From a virus (taxonomy: Duplodnaviria > Heunggongvirae > Uroviricota > Caudoviricetes), in the IMG/VR virus record IMGVR_UViG_2690316321_000007: a DNA stretch of 32,919 nt; one strand, written 5' to 3'. The stretch's first letter is position 1; each line of letters begins with the position of its first letter. Shown here in pieces: positions 1-9,109 of this stretch. A program made the position numbers and the translations under genes. Under the pieces are notes generated by a model, which was given only the letters and a program-made list of their open reading frames with translations, searched no databases and had not been told where the DNA came from.

Positions 1-1362
1 ATGTTTAAACCGGAACTCCTTTCCCCGGCGGGAACGCTGAAAAATATGCGTTACGCTTTCGCTTATGGCGCAGATGCTGTTTATGCGGGCCAGCCGCGTT
101 ACTCCCTGCGTGTGCGCAACAACGAATTCAACCACGAAAATCTTCAGCTCGGCATCAATGAAGCCCACGCGCTGGGGAAAAAGTTTTATGTCGTGGTCAA
201 CATTGCACCGCACAACGCCAAGCTGAAAACCTTTATCCGTGACCTGAAACCGGTGGTGGAAATGGGGCCGGATGCGCTGATTATGTCCGATCCAGGGCTG
301 ATTATGCTGGTGCGTGAACACTTCCCGGAAATGCCAATCCACCTCTCGGTACAGGCTAACGCCGTAAACTGGGCGACGGTGAAATTCTGGCAGCAAATGG
401 GTCTGACCCGCGTGATCCTCTCTCGCGAACTGTCACTGGAAGAGATTGAAGAGATCCGCAATCAGGTGCCGGATATGGAGATCGAAATCTTCGTTCACGG
501 CGCGCTGTGCATGGCCTACTCCGGTCGCTGCCTGCTCTCTGGCTATATCAACAAGCGCGACCCGAACCAGGGCACCTGCACCAACGCCTGCCGCTGGGAG
601 TACAACGTCCAGGAAGGGAAAGAAGATGACGTCGGCAACATCGTACACAAGTACGAGCCGATTCCGGTGCAAAATGTTGAGCCGACGCTGGGTATCGGCG
701 CGCCAACCGACAAAGTGTTTATGATCGAAGAAGCCCAGCGTCCGGGCGAATATATGACCGCGTTTGAAGATGAGCACGGCACTTACATCATGAACTCAAA
801 AGATCTGCGCGCCATCGCCCATGTTGAACGCCTGACCAAAATGGGCGTGCATTCGCTGAAAATCGAAGGCCGTACCAAATCTTTCTACTATTGCGCACGC
901 ACCGCGCAGGTTTACCGTAAAGCTATCGATGACGCCGCTGCGGGCAAACCGTTCGATACCAGCCTGCTGGAAACTCTGGAAGGTCTGGCGCATCGTGGCT
1001 ATACCGAAGGTTTCCTGCGTCGTCATACCCACGACGATTATCAGAACTACGAATACGGTTATTCGGTTTCTGACCGTCAGCAGTTTGTTGGTGAGTTTAC
1101 CGGTGAGCGCAAGGGGGAGCTCGCGGCGGTAGCGGTGAAAAATAAATTCTCCGTTGGCGACAGCCTTGAGCTGATGACGCCGCAAGGCAACATTAACTTT
1201 ACCCTTGAGCATATGGAAAACGCCAAAGGTGAAGCTATGCCGGTCGCACCAGGCGATGGTTATACTGTGTGGCTCCCGGTGCCGCAGGATCTTGAGCTAA
1301 ATTACGCGCTGCTGATGCGTAATTTCTCCGGGGAAACCACGCGTAACCCCCACGGTAAGTGA
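1..1362 (+). CDS. yegQ: U32-family peptidase-like protein YegQ; host gene left of the prophage
   Basis: 453-aa ORF starting at window base 1; sequence and length recognised as E. coli YegQ from memory; lies directly upstream of cyaR as in E. coli. Confidence 0.85.
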   Translation: MFKPELLSPAGTLKNMRYAFAYGADAVYAGQPRYSLRVRNNEFNHENLQLGINEAHALGKKFYVVVNIAPHNAKLKTFIRDLKPVVEMGPDALIMSDPGLIMLVREHFPEMPIHLSVQANAVNWATVKFWQQMGLTRVILSRELSLEEIEEIRNQVPDMEIEIFVHGALCMAYSGRCLLSGYINKRDPNQGTCTNACRWEYNVQEGKEDDVGNIVHKYEPIPVQNVEPTLGIGAPTDKVFMIEEAQRPGEYMTAFEDEHGTYIMNSKDLRAIAHVERLTKMGVHSLKIEGRTKSFYYCARTAQVYRKAIDDAAAGKPFDTSLLETLEGLAHRGYTEGFLRRHTHDDYQNYEYGYSVSDRQQFVGEFTGERKGELAAVAVKNKFSVGDSLELMTPQGNINFTLEHMENAKGEAMPVAPGDGYTVWLPVPQDLELNYALLMRNFSGETTRNPHGK

Positions 1363-1395
1363 TTAATTTCGATTATTTTTCCCGGATGGAAAATT

Positions 1396-1417
1396 CTTAG
1401 AAACCGATCACATACAG
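1396..1417 (+). promoter_or_regulatory. Candidate CRP site and promoter of cyaR (one good TCACA half-site, weaker partner; possible -10 TATCAT at 1434..1439)
   Basis: TCTTA-N6-GATCACA pattern centred about 41 bp upstream of the proposed cyaR 5' end; CyaR is known to be CRP-dependent. Assigned by eye only. Confidence 0.4.
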
Positions 1418-1446
1418 CTGCATTTATTAAGGTTATCATCCGTTTC

Positions 1447-1533
1447 GCTGAAAAACATAACCCATAAAATGCTAGCTGTACCAGGAACCACCTCCTTAGC
1501 CTGTGTAATCTCCCTTACACGGGCTTATTTTTT
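1447..1533 (+). ncRNA. cyaR: CyaR (RyeE) Hfq-dependent small RNA; its 3' terminator overlaps the prophage att core
   Basis: 87-nt stretch GCTGAAAAACATAACCC...CACCTCCTTAGCCTGTGTAATCTCCCTTACACGGGCTTATTTTTT matches the CyaR sequence as I recall it, including the anti-SD-like CCTCCTTA seed and a terminal hairpin plus T-run. Confidence 0.8.
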
Positions 1534-1534
1534 A
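1507..1534. repeat. att core, left copy (28-bp perfect direct repeat)
   Basis: AATCTCCCTTACACGGGCTTATTTTTTA is identical at 1507..1534 and 32247..32274; its reverse complement contains the 27-bp P2 att core AAAAAATAAGCCCGTGTAAGGGAGATT as I recall it. Confidence 0.85.
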
Positions 1535-1595
1535 CGTACAACAAATTGAAATAAAAGGATTTATTTCTGGTCACGTCCACACATTGACCACATCG

Positions 1596-1628
1596 ACAAA
1601 AAAGCCCCTCGACTGAGGGGCTATTTTT
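1596..1628. terminator. Bidirectional Rho-independent terminator downstream of ogr
   Basis: GC stem GCCCCTC / GAGGGGC with 4-nt loop, flanked by an A8 run on the left and a T5 run on the right. Confidence 0.65.
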
Positions 1629-1632
1629 GTGA

Positions 1633-1851
1633 TCACATCCACATAATTTGCTGTCCTGACGGCAACGGGTGCGGTCTTACGGCGTGGACTTCTCCCGGCT
1701 TCACGATGTATCGCTGCACCGACTCATAAGTGATGAACGTGGCGCTGCAATTCACGTTCTGGCACTGGTGATAACGCTCTTTTGTCGTGTCAGTGATATA
1801 GCGACTTGTACGCGCATGTGCGGCATGCTGGCATAAAGGACAATGAAACAT
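1633..1851 (-). CDS. ogr: Ogr, zinc-finger activator of late transcription (72 aa)
   Basis: Translation MFHCPLCQHAAHARTSRYITDTTKERYHQCQNVNCSATF... matches P2 Ogr; the six-frame ORF was trimmed to the conserved ATG at 1851. Confidence 0.9.
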   Translation of the reverse strand: MFHCPLCQHAAHARTSRYITDTTKERYHQCQNVNCSATFITYESVQRYIVKPGEVHAVRPHPLPSGQQIMWM

Positions 1852-1932
1852 CGCGAGCACCTCTTCCGGTTTTGTTGATGGTGCCATTTTAGTTAATTTA
1901 TCCTTATAAAACAAACAGATAAATAAAACACA

Positions 1933-3096
1933 TCACTCATCATCTTCGGTTTCGTACTCCACATCAGAAAGCCTGACCTCAAGCTCCAAGGACGTCGTGA
2001 AGCCGCTATTATTCAGAAAATGTGTCACCTTAGTGATTGTCCAGTCCTGCTCGTCTATGACGCGCTTAAAGCCTGACACTTTGACCGGCGTTTCCGTGTA
2101 AATATCTGCCCGACCAGTAGCCAGACTGATGGAGAACTCCGCTACACCCCGTTGCAGTTTATCCCACTTCGCCTGAGCGGCGCGCATGGCCTGTGCTTTC
2201 GTGGCATATACCGTGGTCAGTGCAAAAACGTTGTCAGCCTCACCGGCCATGTATTCACCTTCGCGCGCTTCCGGTACTTTTGGCGCTTTCTTCTGCGTGA
2301 CTGGTTTCGCTTTCGGGTGCTCCAGTGCGCGCAGGTGTTTCTCTTTCTTTTTGCGTTTCAGTTTGACCTTCTGCTTTTGCGGCTTCGGGTCTTTGGTGTG
2401 TAACCACTTTGCCGTTACGCCTGTGTAGGCTCCGCGGTCAGCAATCGCAAAATGATGACGGTCGCCGTCGCTGCGGGTGATGGTAATCTGCGGGATTTTT
2501 TTACCGCTGGCCGTCACCCCCTGCCCCGCTTTGAGAAACAGCAGTTTTCCCATTTTTACCGACACCTCACCGCCGTTGCGTTCTGCAAGACGGGTCAGGA
2601 ATTTCGCATCAGACTCCTGCGACTGGTCGATGTGCGGGATTTTAATTCCGGCCAGTGACGGCGCGACACTGGCTTCCAGCCTGTTACGGGAGGCTATCGC
2701 TTCAACAATCGCACCGAGCGTGGTGTCATGCCAGGAGCCTTCCCGGCGGGAATTGAGCGTCCCGCGAAAATCTGCACTCCGGGCGCGGATGGTGACCACA
2801 TCCGGTGCGCCCCGGTGTTCAACCTCATCAACGGTAAATTTCCCTTTGCATACCAGGGCAAAACCTTTCCAGCCGATATACACCGTCAGGACAGCGCCAC
2901 GAACCGGCAACCCGACCTGCCCGTCGGCATCGTTCAGTTCAATATCAAGCTGGTCAGCCTCAAAGCCCCGGTTATCCGTCAGGGTCATGCTCATCAGACG
3001 GTCGCTGATATTGCCGGTAATATCCCTGCTGTCGAGCATCAGCATGTAATCCGGCGTCAGCGTACTGCCTGCATCAAATGTCAGCGCATCCAGCAT
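1933..3096 (-). CDS. D: Tail protein D (387 aa)
   Basis: Length equals P2 gpD as recalled; position between ogr and U. Confidence 0.85.
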   Translation of the reverse strand: MLDALTFDAGSTLTPDYMLMLDSRDITGNISDRLMSMTLTDNRGFEADQLDIELNDADGQVGLPVRGAVLTVYIGWKGFALVCKGKFTVDEVEHRGAPDVVTIRARSADFRGTLNSRREGSWHDTTLGAIVEAIASRNRLEASVAPSLAGIKIPHIDQSQESDAKFLTRLAERNGGEVSVKMGKLLFLKAGQGVTASGKKIPQITITRSDGDRHHFAIADRGAYTGVTAKWLHTKDPKPQKQKVKLKRKKKEKHLRALEHPKAKPVTQKKAPKVPEAREGEYMAGEADNVFALTTVYATKAQAMRAAQAKWDKLQRGVAEFSISLATGRADIYTETPVKVSGFKRVIDEQDWTITKVTHFLNNSGFTTSLELEVRLSDVEYETEDDE

Positions 3097-3575
3097 TATT
3101 CCGCCCCCGTCATCCCCGTGAATCTGGTCGCCAGACTACCGGCCTTACCGATGAGCGACTCCGCCTGTTTACCGATATCGCCATAAAGCGCGGCCAGTGA
3201 TTCATCAACGCGGGTGAGCGACAGCGTAAAATCAATTTTTCGGGGTGTGCCGTCTGCAAAGAAAATACTCCCTGTTTCACTCACCCTGCTGATGACATAC
3301 ATGCCGTAAATCATGCCGGTGCCATCCAGCAACGGCCACGCCCGTCCCTCATCTGCCATCAGTCTGAGCGTGGTCATCGTCAGCTTGCCGCCGGTCAGTT
3401 CGGGATAAAGCACACCGGCAAGCGTGATGTTTTCCTCGCCCACACCGAGAAACTGAAAGGCATCCCGTTTACCGATACGGGAATTTGACGGCCAGCGATA
3501 ATCTGATTCACGCTGCATGGTCTGGTGTGGCAGCGTCTGGCGCATAAAAACAAACATACCTAACGCGAGCATCAT
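3096..3575 (-). CDS. U: Tail terminator protein U (159 aa)
   Basis: Length and position match P2 gpU; start overlaps the D stop. Confidence 0.85.
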   Translation of the reverse strand: MMLALGMFVFMRQTLPHQTMQRESDYRWPSNSRIGKRDAFQFLGVGEENITLAGVLYPELTGGKLTMTTLRLMADEGRAWPLLDGTGMIYGMYVISRVSETGSIFFADGTPRKIDFTLSLTRVDESLAALYGDIGKQAESLIGKAGSLATRFTGMTGAE

Positions 3576-3589
3576 TTTTCGTCACCTCC

Positions 3590-6037
3590 TTAACCGTCAT
3601 GCATCATGCTGGCACGGGCGCGCGCACGTTTATCCCGCTCGTATTTTTCGAGCGCATCCTGTAACTGGCGGTCGAGCTGAGTCCCCGGCGCAGTACCGCC
3701 CGTCAGACTGATGTGATATTCGTTTTTACTCTGGTCCACATAAGAGCGGCCAGCCAGTGCCGTAACCGGCTGATAAGCCTGATAGCCTGCATAAGAGCTG
3801 GTCGCCGGAATATAACCACCGGTGCCATACGTGGCGGCATGAGTTCTGGCGGCGGTCTGGTCAAGCGTGCCTGACTCTTTGTTGATAACACCGAGTTTTT
3901 CCAGTACCCAGTCAATACCGCTGCGCAGTTTGTTGAACGCATTAAGCGGCAGCATCAACGCGTCAGCCAGTGCCTGCCCGAACATGACGCCCGTATCACG
4001 GCAACGGTTCAGGGTGTCCTGGGTGGCTTTGACCGGGGCAATCAGGTTTTTAAACCACTGCCACGCGGCCTGTAACTTTTCGCCCAGCCAGTCAAACACC
4101 GGCTTAAGTGGCGTGAACAGTTCCCCCACCGGCGCAAATGCCGCTTTCAGCCCTTCAACCACACCGCCAAAGAATGCGCTGACAGGCTCCCAGTATTTAC
4201 GGATAAGTAACGCCCCGGCGACAATGGCGGCCACCACGGCCACAACCGGCCAGCTAATCGCCCCGATGGCCGTCATAACAGCACTGCCAACCGTCGTGAA
4301 GATTGCTCCCATTGCGCCTGCTGCCGCGATGATGGCATTGATGCCGGTGATAACCGGCCAGGCTACGAGGCCAATGGCACCGATGACACCAATCAGCGCC
4401 AGTGCAACACCGACAATGATGCCGATGGTTGACGCCAGTGATTTGTTTTTCTGTATCCAGCCGTCGAGTTTTAACACATACTTTGTGGCCGTCTGCGTGA
4501 GCTTACGCAGTGCGCCTTCCTGCTGGTCAAACAGGTCAGTCCCCACCGCCTCATAAGCGGACTGAAACTCCTTAAAGTCACCGCCGAGGTTGTCCTGCAT
4601 GATATTTACCAGCTCTGCAGTCTTCCCGTCTGAGGCTTTAAACGCAGCGGTCAGTTTGTCCAGCTTTCCGGTTGAGGCGGCAGTCATCAGCACAGCGGCG
4701 GCTGAGCTGGCCTCCTCCCCGAAAATGGTTTTCATGTATTCAGCCTGCTGGGCAGTACCGAGCCGGTTTTTCTCAAAACTGGCCTGCATTTCTTTCAGAA
4801 TGGTAAATACTGGTCGGGTGTTTCCCTTGCTGTCTGAGGTTTTCACACCAAGCTCTTTCAGTGCATCCCATGCTTTTCCCGCCGGTGCCTGCAGGCGGCT
4901 TAACACGGCACGGCTTCCCGTCCCCGCCATTGAACCAGTAATTTTTGCGTCATGCAGCGCCCCGACCATTGCGGCGGTTTCTTCAATGCTGACACCGGCA
5001 TTTTTTGCCACTGGTGCGGCATAGGTCAGCGCATCGCTCATACCGTCAAAATCGGCGGCGGTTTTGTTCATCGTCATGGAGAGAACATCCCCGATATGAG
5101 CGACCTTATCGTTTGAAAGCTGAAAGGCAGATTTCATCCCCATCAGCAGGGCGGCGTTTTCTTCCATCGTGCGGCGGTTCGCCAGCGCCATATTCAGTGT
5201 AACCGGCGTTGCCGCCTGAATGGCATCAACATCCCCACCGGCTTTCGCAATGATAATCTGCGCACCGGCTGCATCATCTGCCGAGGCTGCGGTATTGTCG
5301 CCGAGCCGGCGCGCCTGTTTGCGTAATGCGGCCATTTCGGTGGAGTCTTTTGCCACTCCGAGCACAGCCTGTAATTCTGAGTTTTTCTGCGCAAACTCAT
5401 AACCGGGCATCAGCAGCTTAACTCCGGCCATCGTTCCCGCAGCAGCAATCCCCACACCGGCAGCGCCCACTGAGGCCATATTTCCGGCCAGTTCCTTTCC
5501 TGCCTGATAACGCTGTTTGACTGCGTTAAGTTTTGCCTGTTGTGCACTGACACGCGCCAGCGCGTCACGCTGACGGTTAAGCTGTGCGGTGGTTTCACTG
5601 ATACGGTTTTTCAGTCCCTGCTCATCATGTGCAAGATTGCGGGTATTAATTCCCACAACGGCCAGTTCCCGCTGCTGGCGTTTAACGGAATCCGTCAGGC
5701 GGTTATATTTCACCTGTAAGTCCTCCGCCGCACGCTTTGCGGATTCCAGCACTTTCGCCTGAGCACGGGTCGGTCGTTCGGTATTTTTAAACTGTGTGGC
5801 AAGGGCTTCGGCTTCCTGCCGCGCCTTTTCAAGTGCATGACCAGTCACGGCGAGCTGTGCACTGGTCTTGCGGAACCCCTCAATACGGGATGCGTGACCG
5901 TTCAGCTCGCGCAGTGATTTTTGTGTTTCCCGGATATCCCCCGACAGCGACTTGCTCGCTGTACGGATGGATTTAAACGGGCGGGATGCCTGGTCAACAG
6001 CCCTGAGCAATACCTGTAATTTTACATTGTTACTCAT
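3590..6037 (-). CDS. T: Tail tape measure protein T (815 aa)
   Basis: Long Ala/Gly-rich protein with coiled-coil N-terminus and hydrophobic central segment; length equals P2 gpT as recalled. Confidence 0.9.
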   Translation of the reverse strand: MSNNVKLQVLLRAVDQASRPFKSIRTASKSLSGDIRETQKSLRELNGHASRIEGFRKTSAQLAVTGHALEKARQEAEALATQFKNTERPTRAQAKVLESAKRAAEDLQVKYNRLTDSVKRQQRELAVVGINTRNLAHDEQGLKNRISETTAQLNRQRDALARVSAQQAKLNAVKQRYQAGKELAGNMASVGAAGVGIAAAGTMAGVKLLMPGYEFAQKNSELQAVLGVAKDSTEMAALRKQARRLGDNTAASADDAAGAQIIIAKAGGDVDAIQAATPVTLNMALANRRTMEENAALLMGMKSAFQLSNDKVAHIGDVLSMTMNKTAADFDGMSDALTYAAPVAKNAGVSIEETAAMVGALHDAKITGSMAGTGSRAVLSRLQAPAGKAWDALKELGVKTSDSKGNTRPVFTILKEMQASFEKNRLGTAQQAEYMKTIFGEEASSAAAVLMTAASTGKLDKLTAAFKASDGKTAELVNIMQDNLGGDFKEFQSAYEAVGTDLFDQQEGALRKLTQTATKYVLKLDGWIQKNKSLASTIGIIVGVALALIGVIGAIGLVAWPVITGINAIIAAAGAMGAIFTTVGSAVMTAIGAISWPVVAVVAAIVAGALLIRKYWEPVSAFFGGVVEGLKAAFAPVGELFTPLKPVFDWLGEKLQAAWQWFKNLIAPVKATQDTLNRCRDTGVMFGQALADALMLPLNAFNKLRSGIDWVLEKLGVINKESGTLDQTAARTHAATYGTGGYIPATSSYAGYQAYQPVTALAGRSYVDQSKNEYHISLTGGTAPGTQLDRQLQDALEKYERDKRARARASMMHDG

Positions 6038-6457
6038 TCGTGTTTCCGCTTCGCCGGAGCGCCTTTTCGCGCCATGTGATGAGTTCGGTCAGACTCATGG
6101 GATACAGTTCTGATGGCGGCCAGTGAAATATCACTGCCACATCTGCCATCAGGTCATCGACCGACAGATTTTTCGGAAACGTCACTGCACCGAGTTCGGA
6201 GACAAAAAACCGACCACCTTACCGGCCAGCGCCACAAGGTCAGGCAGTTCCAGCGCGGCGACCTCCTGCTCGGTCAGCATCGGTGCCGTCATGCGCGGCA
6301 GCACCTTAATCAGTGCATCGACTTCGGAGTTTGCGACCGCAGCCAGACTGACACCGCGCAGCGTCCCGGCATTAGGTTTCATCAGCGTGACCTGTTCGAT
6401 AACCTGCTCACCACGCTTGACCGGATTGTCCAGGGTAATCACATTTTCTTTGTTCAT
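6030..6457 (-). CDS. E': E+E' tail chaperone made by programmed -1 frameshift (142 aa predicted)
   Basis: Translated by hand: after slippage at 6203..6209 the -1 frame stays open for 57 codons to a TAA overlapping the T start codon; 85 + 57 = 142 aa, the E+E' length recalled for P2. Confidence 0.75.
6182..6457 (-). CDS. E: Tail assembly chaperone E (91 aa)
   Basis: Length and position match P2 gpE; ends just 3' of the TTTTTTG slippery heptamer. Confidence 0.85.
   Translation of the reverse strand: MNKENVITLDNPVKRGEQVIEQVTLMKPNAGTLRGVSLAAVANSEVDALIKVLPRMTAPMLTEQEVAALELPDLVALAGKVVGFLSPNSVQ
6203..6209 (-). promoter_or_regulatory. Programmed -1 ribosomal frameshift slippery heptamer TTTTTTG
   Basis: Heptamer on the coding (minus) strand covering E codons 84-85 (TTT TTG) and the preceding T; conserved location of the tail-chaperone frameshift. 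Confidence 0.7.
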
Positions 6458-6513
6458 GGTTTTCTCACTTCTGAATCGGGGTTAACCGGTCAGCCAGGCT
6501 GACCGGATGAAAA

Positions 6514-7032
6514 TCACAGGCCGATATTGCGGCGGTGTTGCTCCAGCCGGTCGACGCCGTTCACCTTCTCAATCATGTTGATGGTGTCGATTTCGACCAG
6601 TTCCTTACCGTCCATCGTCAGCCGGAAATAGGTGCAGACCACAGAGATTTTCGACTCGGTATCTTCTCCCTGTTTCCCCTCGCCGGTGTCGATTTCTTTC
6701 TGACGTCCACGCATGATCACTTCGACGGCCACCGTTTCGCCGGTATCGTCGCGCTGGTAAGAGCCTGCAAAACGAATCGGTACGGCATCCACACCGGTTG
6801 CGGCGTAAAGCTCCCAGATAACCGAATCCGGGAAGCCACCGAGCGACCACTCCATTGACAGCGCATCGTCATCAAGGCCGAGGTCTACCGGTGCGCTGCC
6901 GTTCATCCCCGCACCGCGATAGTTTTCGAGCTTACGGGTCAGTTTTGGTAGCGTGACGGACTTCGCGACGCCCTGATAGCTGTAGCCGTTCAGAAAGACG
7001 TTCATTAACTTGAGTTTGCGCGGCATTGCCAT
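6514..7032 (-). CDS. FII: Tail tube protein FII (172 aa)
   Basis: Length and position match P2 gpFII. Confidence 0.85.
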   Translation of the reverse strand: MAMPRKLKLMNVFLNGYSYQGVAKSVTLPKLTRKLENYRGAGMNGSAPVDLGLDDDALSMEWSLGGFPDSVIWELYAATGVDAVPIRFAGSYQRDDTGETVAVEVIMRGRQKEIDTGEGKQGEDTESKISVVCTYFRLTMDGKELVEIDTINMIEKVNGVDRLEQHRRNIGL

Positions 7033-7044
7033 CGGTCAGGCTCC

Positions 7045-8235
7045 TTAATTGCTGTTAACCGAGGTGACCAGATTTGCCAGGTATTTATCGGTAATACGCT
7101 GGCGCAGGGTCAGGTTTTCAAGAGGAGGCACCGGTGTATAGTCGTAGTCGATATACAGTTTTCCGGCCTTGAGGGTTTCCGCATCGTTGGATTCTTCGCT
7201 GAACCAGCAGGTCGCATCCACGATATAGCCGTTTGTTTTCAGCTCACGGAATTTGGCATTGATGCCGTCAACGATGTCGCGAATCAGCGTTGCGGTGATG
7301 GGCTTGTCCACCGCCCACATGTGCGCCTCAGCCATCGTGTCGGCCAGCACCTGCGCGGTGCGGGTGTAGTTTTCAAAGAGGAACAGCGGGTCATCAGAGC
7401 AGGTACGGTTACCCCAGAATCGGAAACCGTCGCGGCGAATCAGCGTTGTGACGCCTGACTCGTTAAGCAGGTCAGCATCGGTGCCGGACTCCTGCAAATC
7501 CCAGAATACAGATGTGCTGATGCCGGTAACACCGTTTACCCCAACGTTGGACAGCGTTTTATGCCAGCCCTGCTCCTGGTCGATTTTAGCGCGCAGACCC
7601 AGCGCACGGGCGGTGGCATACGCGGTGGCGGTGGTGCTGCTGACCGTATCCCATGCGAGGAAATCCGGCCAGATGACCATCAGCTCACGCTGGCTGAAAT
7701 TCTGGCGGTAGGCTTTCACCTCGGAAATGGTTTTACAGCCCCATGCGCTGATATACCCGAAAGCGCGCAGCTTCTGACATACTGATGCCAGTGCAACCGC
7801 CACCTCTTTGGTGTCCAGTCCCGGCACGCCGAGAATACGCGGTTTAACACCGGTAACAGACTCCGCCGCCAGCAGGGCTTTCAGTCCGGTGTACTGACCG
7901 TTTTCGTCGGTGGTGCCAATGATATTGGAAACGGTCTGCGCGAGTTTCGTTTCCTCGTCGTCGCCGGTGCCGTCTTCCACGCGCACAACAACGGTGACCG
8001 GTTTTGACTGGTCAGCGATGGCCTGCAGCGACGCCGCCAGCGTGCCTTTTTTACCGGCCTTTGCAATTGCGCTCTGCACATTGGTAATCAGCACCGGTTT
8101 ATTGAGGGGGAAGGTTTCCGCATCCGCATCGCTGGCCATGCAGACCATGCCAACAATGGCGGTGGATACGGTGGAAATGACGCGGGTGCCGTCGTTAATC
8201 TCCAGCACCTGCACGCCGTGATGATAGTCACTCAT
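7045..8235 (-). CDS. FI: Contractile tail sheath protein FI (396 aa)
   Basis: Length and position match P2 gpFI; SD GGAG upstream of the ATG. Confidence 0.9.
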   Translation of the reverse strand: MSDYHHGVQVLEINDGTRVISTVSTAIVGMVCMASDADAETFPLNKPVLITNVQSAIAKAGKKGTLAASLQAIADQSKPVTVVVRVEDGTGDDEETKLAQTVSNIIGTTDENGQYTGLKALLAAESVTGVKPRILGVPGLDTKEVAVALASVCQKLRAFGYISAWGCKTISEVKAYRQNFSQRELMVIWPDFLAWDTVSSTTATAYATARALGLRAKIDQEQGWHKTLSNVGVNGVTGISTSVFWDLQESGTDADLLNESGVTTLIRRDGFRFWGNRTCSDDPLFLFENYTRTAQVLADTMAEAHMWAVDKPITATLIRDIVDGINAKFRELKTNGYIVDATCWFSEESNDAETLKAGKLYIDYDYTPVPPLENLTLRQRITDKYLANLVTSVNSN

Positions 8236-8326
8236 CCGTTTAACTCCGTGGTTAATGGGTGCAACTATTTTCTGTTGGGCAGTGCATGAGACGCTATTTG
8301 ACCTGGCTGGTCAGTGGATGAAACAA

Positions 8327-8357
8327 CAGATAAAGAAAATGCGGGCAATTCGCCCGC
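8327..8357 (-). terminator. Terminator-like hairpin upstream of FI (GCGGGC-aattc-GCCCGC, U-rich on minus strand)
   Basis: 6-bp GC stem followed on the minus strand by ATTTTCTTTA; lies between the cargo genes and the FI late promoter region. Confidence 0.45.
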
Positions 8358-8645
8358 CTGTCCTGATTTGTACACACTCATTTTCCGACTGACAATTTAC
8401 ATAGCCCAAAATCTATCAAATCTGACAGTCTGCTTTGAGTGAGAAGCGGAAGTTCAATGTGATAAAGCTCAGGAACATTGTCGTTGATGATGATAAAGAG
8501 GATCAGACTAACTAGCACTTCTCATCACGTTGATAAGGCATAGAAATCACAAACACTATTGTGAATATCGTTTTACTATAGTAAATTCAAGTAAGTTCTT
8601 TTCGTTCGTTATTACACAAAATAAAGTTCACTCTAAGGTTGAAAA

Positions 8646-9089
8646 ATGTTAGATATCAGAATGTCACGACCATCTGAAGCAGATGAGATCATACAAATCT
8701 GGAAGAGTTCAGTCGATGCTACCCACGACTTTCTTACAGGTCATGACCGACAAGAAATCGAAAAAGAAGTTGTCGGCTTTTTCTCAGAAACTCCTGTATG
8801 GGTTGCAACAAATCAGGATGACCAACCGCTAGGATTTATGTTTTTGCATGAGGGCCATCTGGAGGCACTTTTTGTAGCAGGCTCTGCTCGCGGACTTGGC
8901 GTCGGAAAACGTTTGATCTCTCATGCACTGGCGCTGCATCCAGAGCTAAGCGTTGATGTAAATGAACAAAACCAGCAGGCTGTAGGGTTTTATCAGCATA
9001 TGGGTTTTCAGGTATTAGGGCGTTCCGATCTGGATAATCAGGGAAGGCCATACCCCTTGTTGCATCTGAGAATGGCCAATAACATGTAA
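8646..9089 (+). CDS. GNAT-family N-acetyltransferase, YjaB-like (147 aa); accessory cargo
   Basis: Motifs IWKSSVDATHDFL, LGFMFL, VGKRLISHAL and NEQNQQAVGFYQHMGF resemble E. coli YjaB from memory; AT-rich upstream region; lies in the G-FI junction. Confidence 0.75.
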   Translation: MLDIRMSRPSEADEIIQIWKSSVDATHDFLTGHDRQEIEKEVVGFFSETPVWVATNQDDQPLGFMFLHEGHLEALFVAGSARGLGVGKRLISHALALHPELSVDVNEQNQQAVGFYQHMGFQVLGRSDLDNQGRPYPLLHLRMANNM

Positions 9090-9109
9090 CCAATGTGGCA
9101 GAGAAGATA

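Noticed and set aside
3867-5024. Plus-strand ORFs of 229 and 144 aa inside tape-measure gene T
   Set aside because: Antisense to a well-supported 815-aa gene; Ala/Pro/Ser-rich low-complexity translations typical of the reverse strand of GC-rich coding DNA; no ribosome-binding sites.
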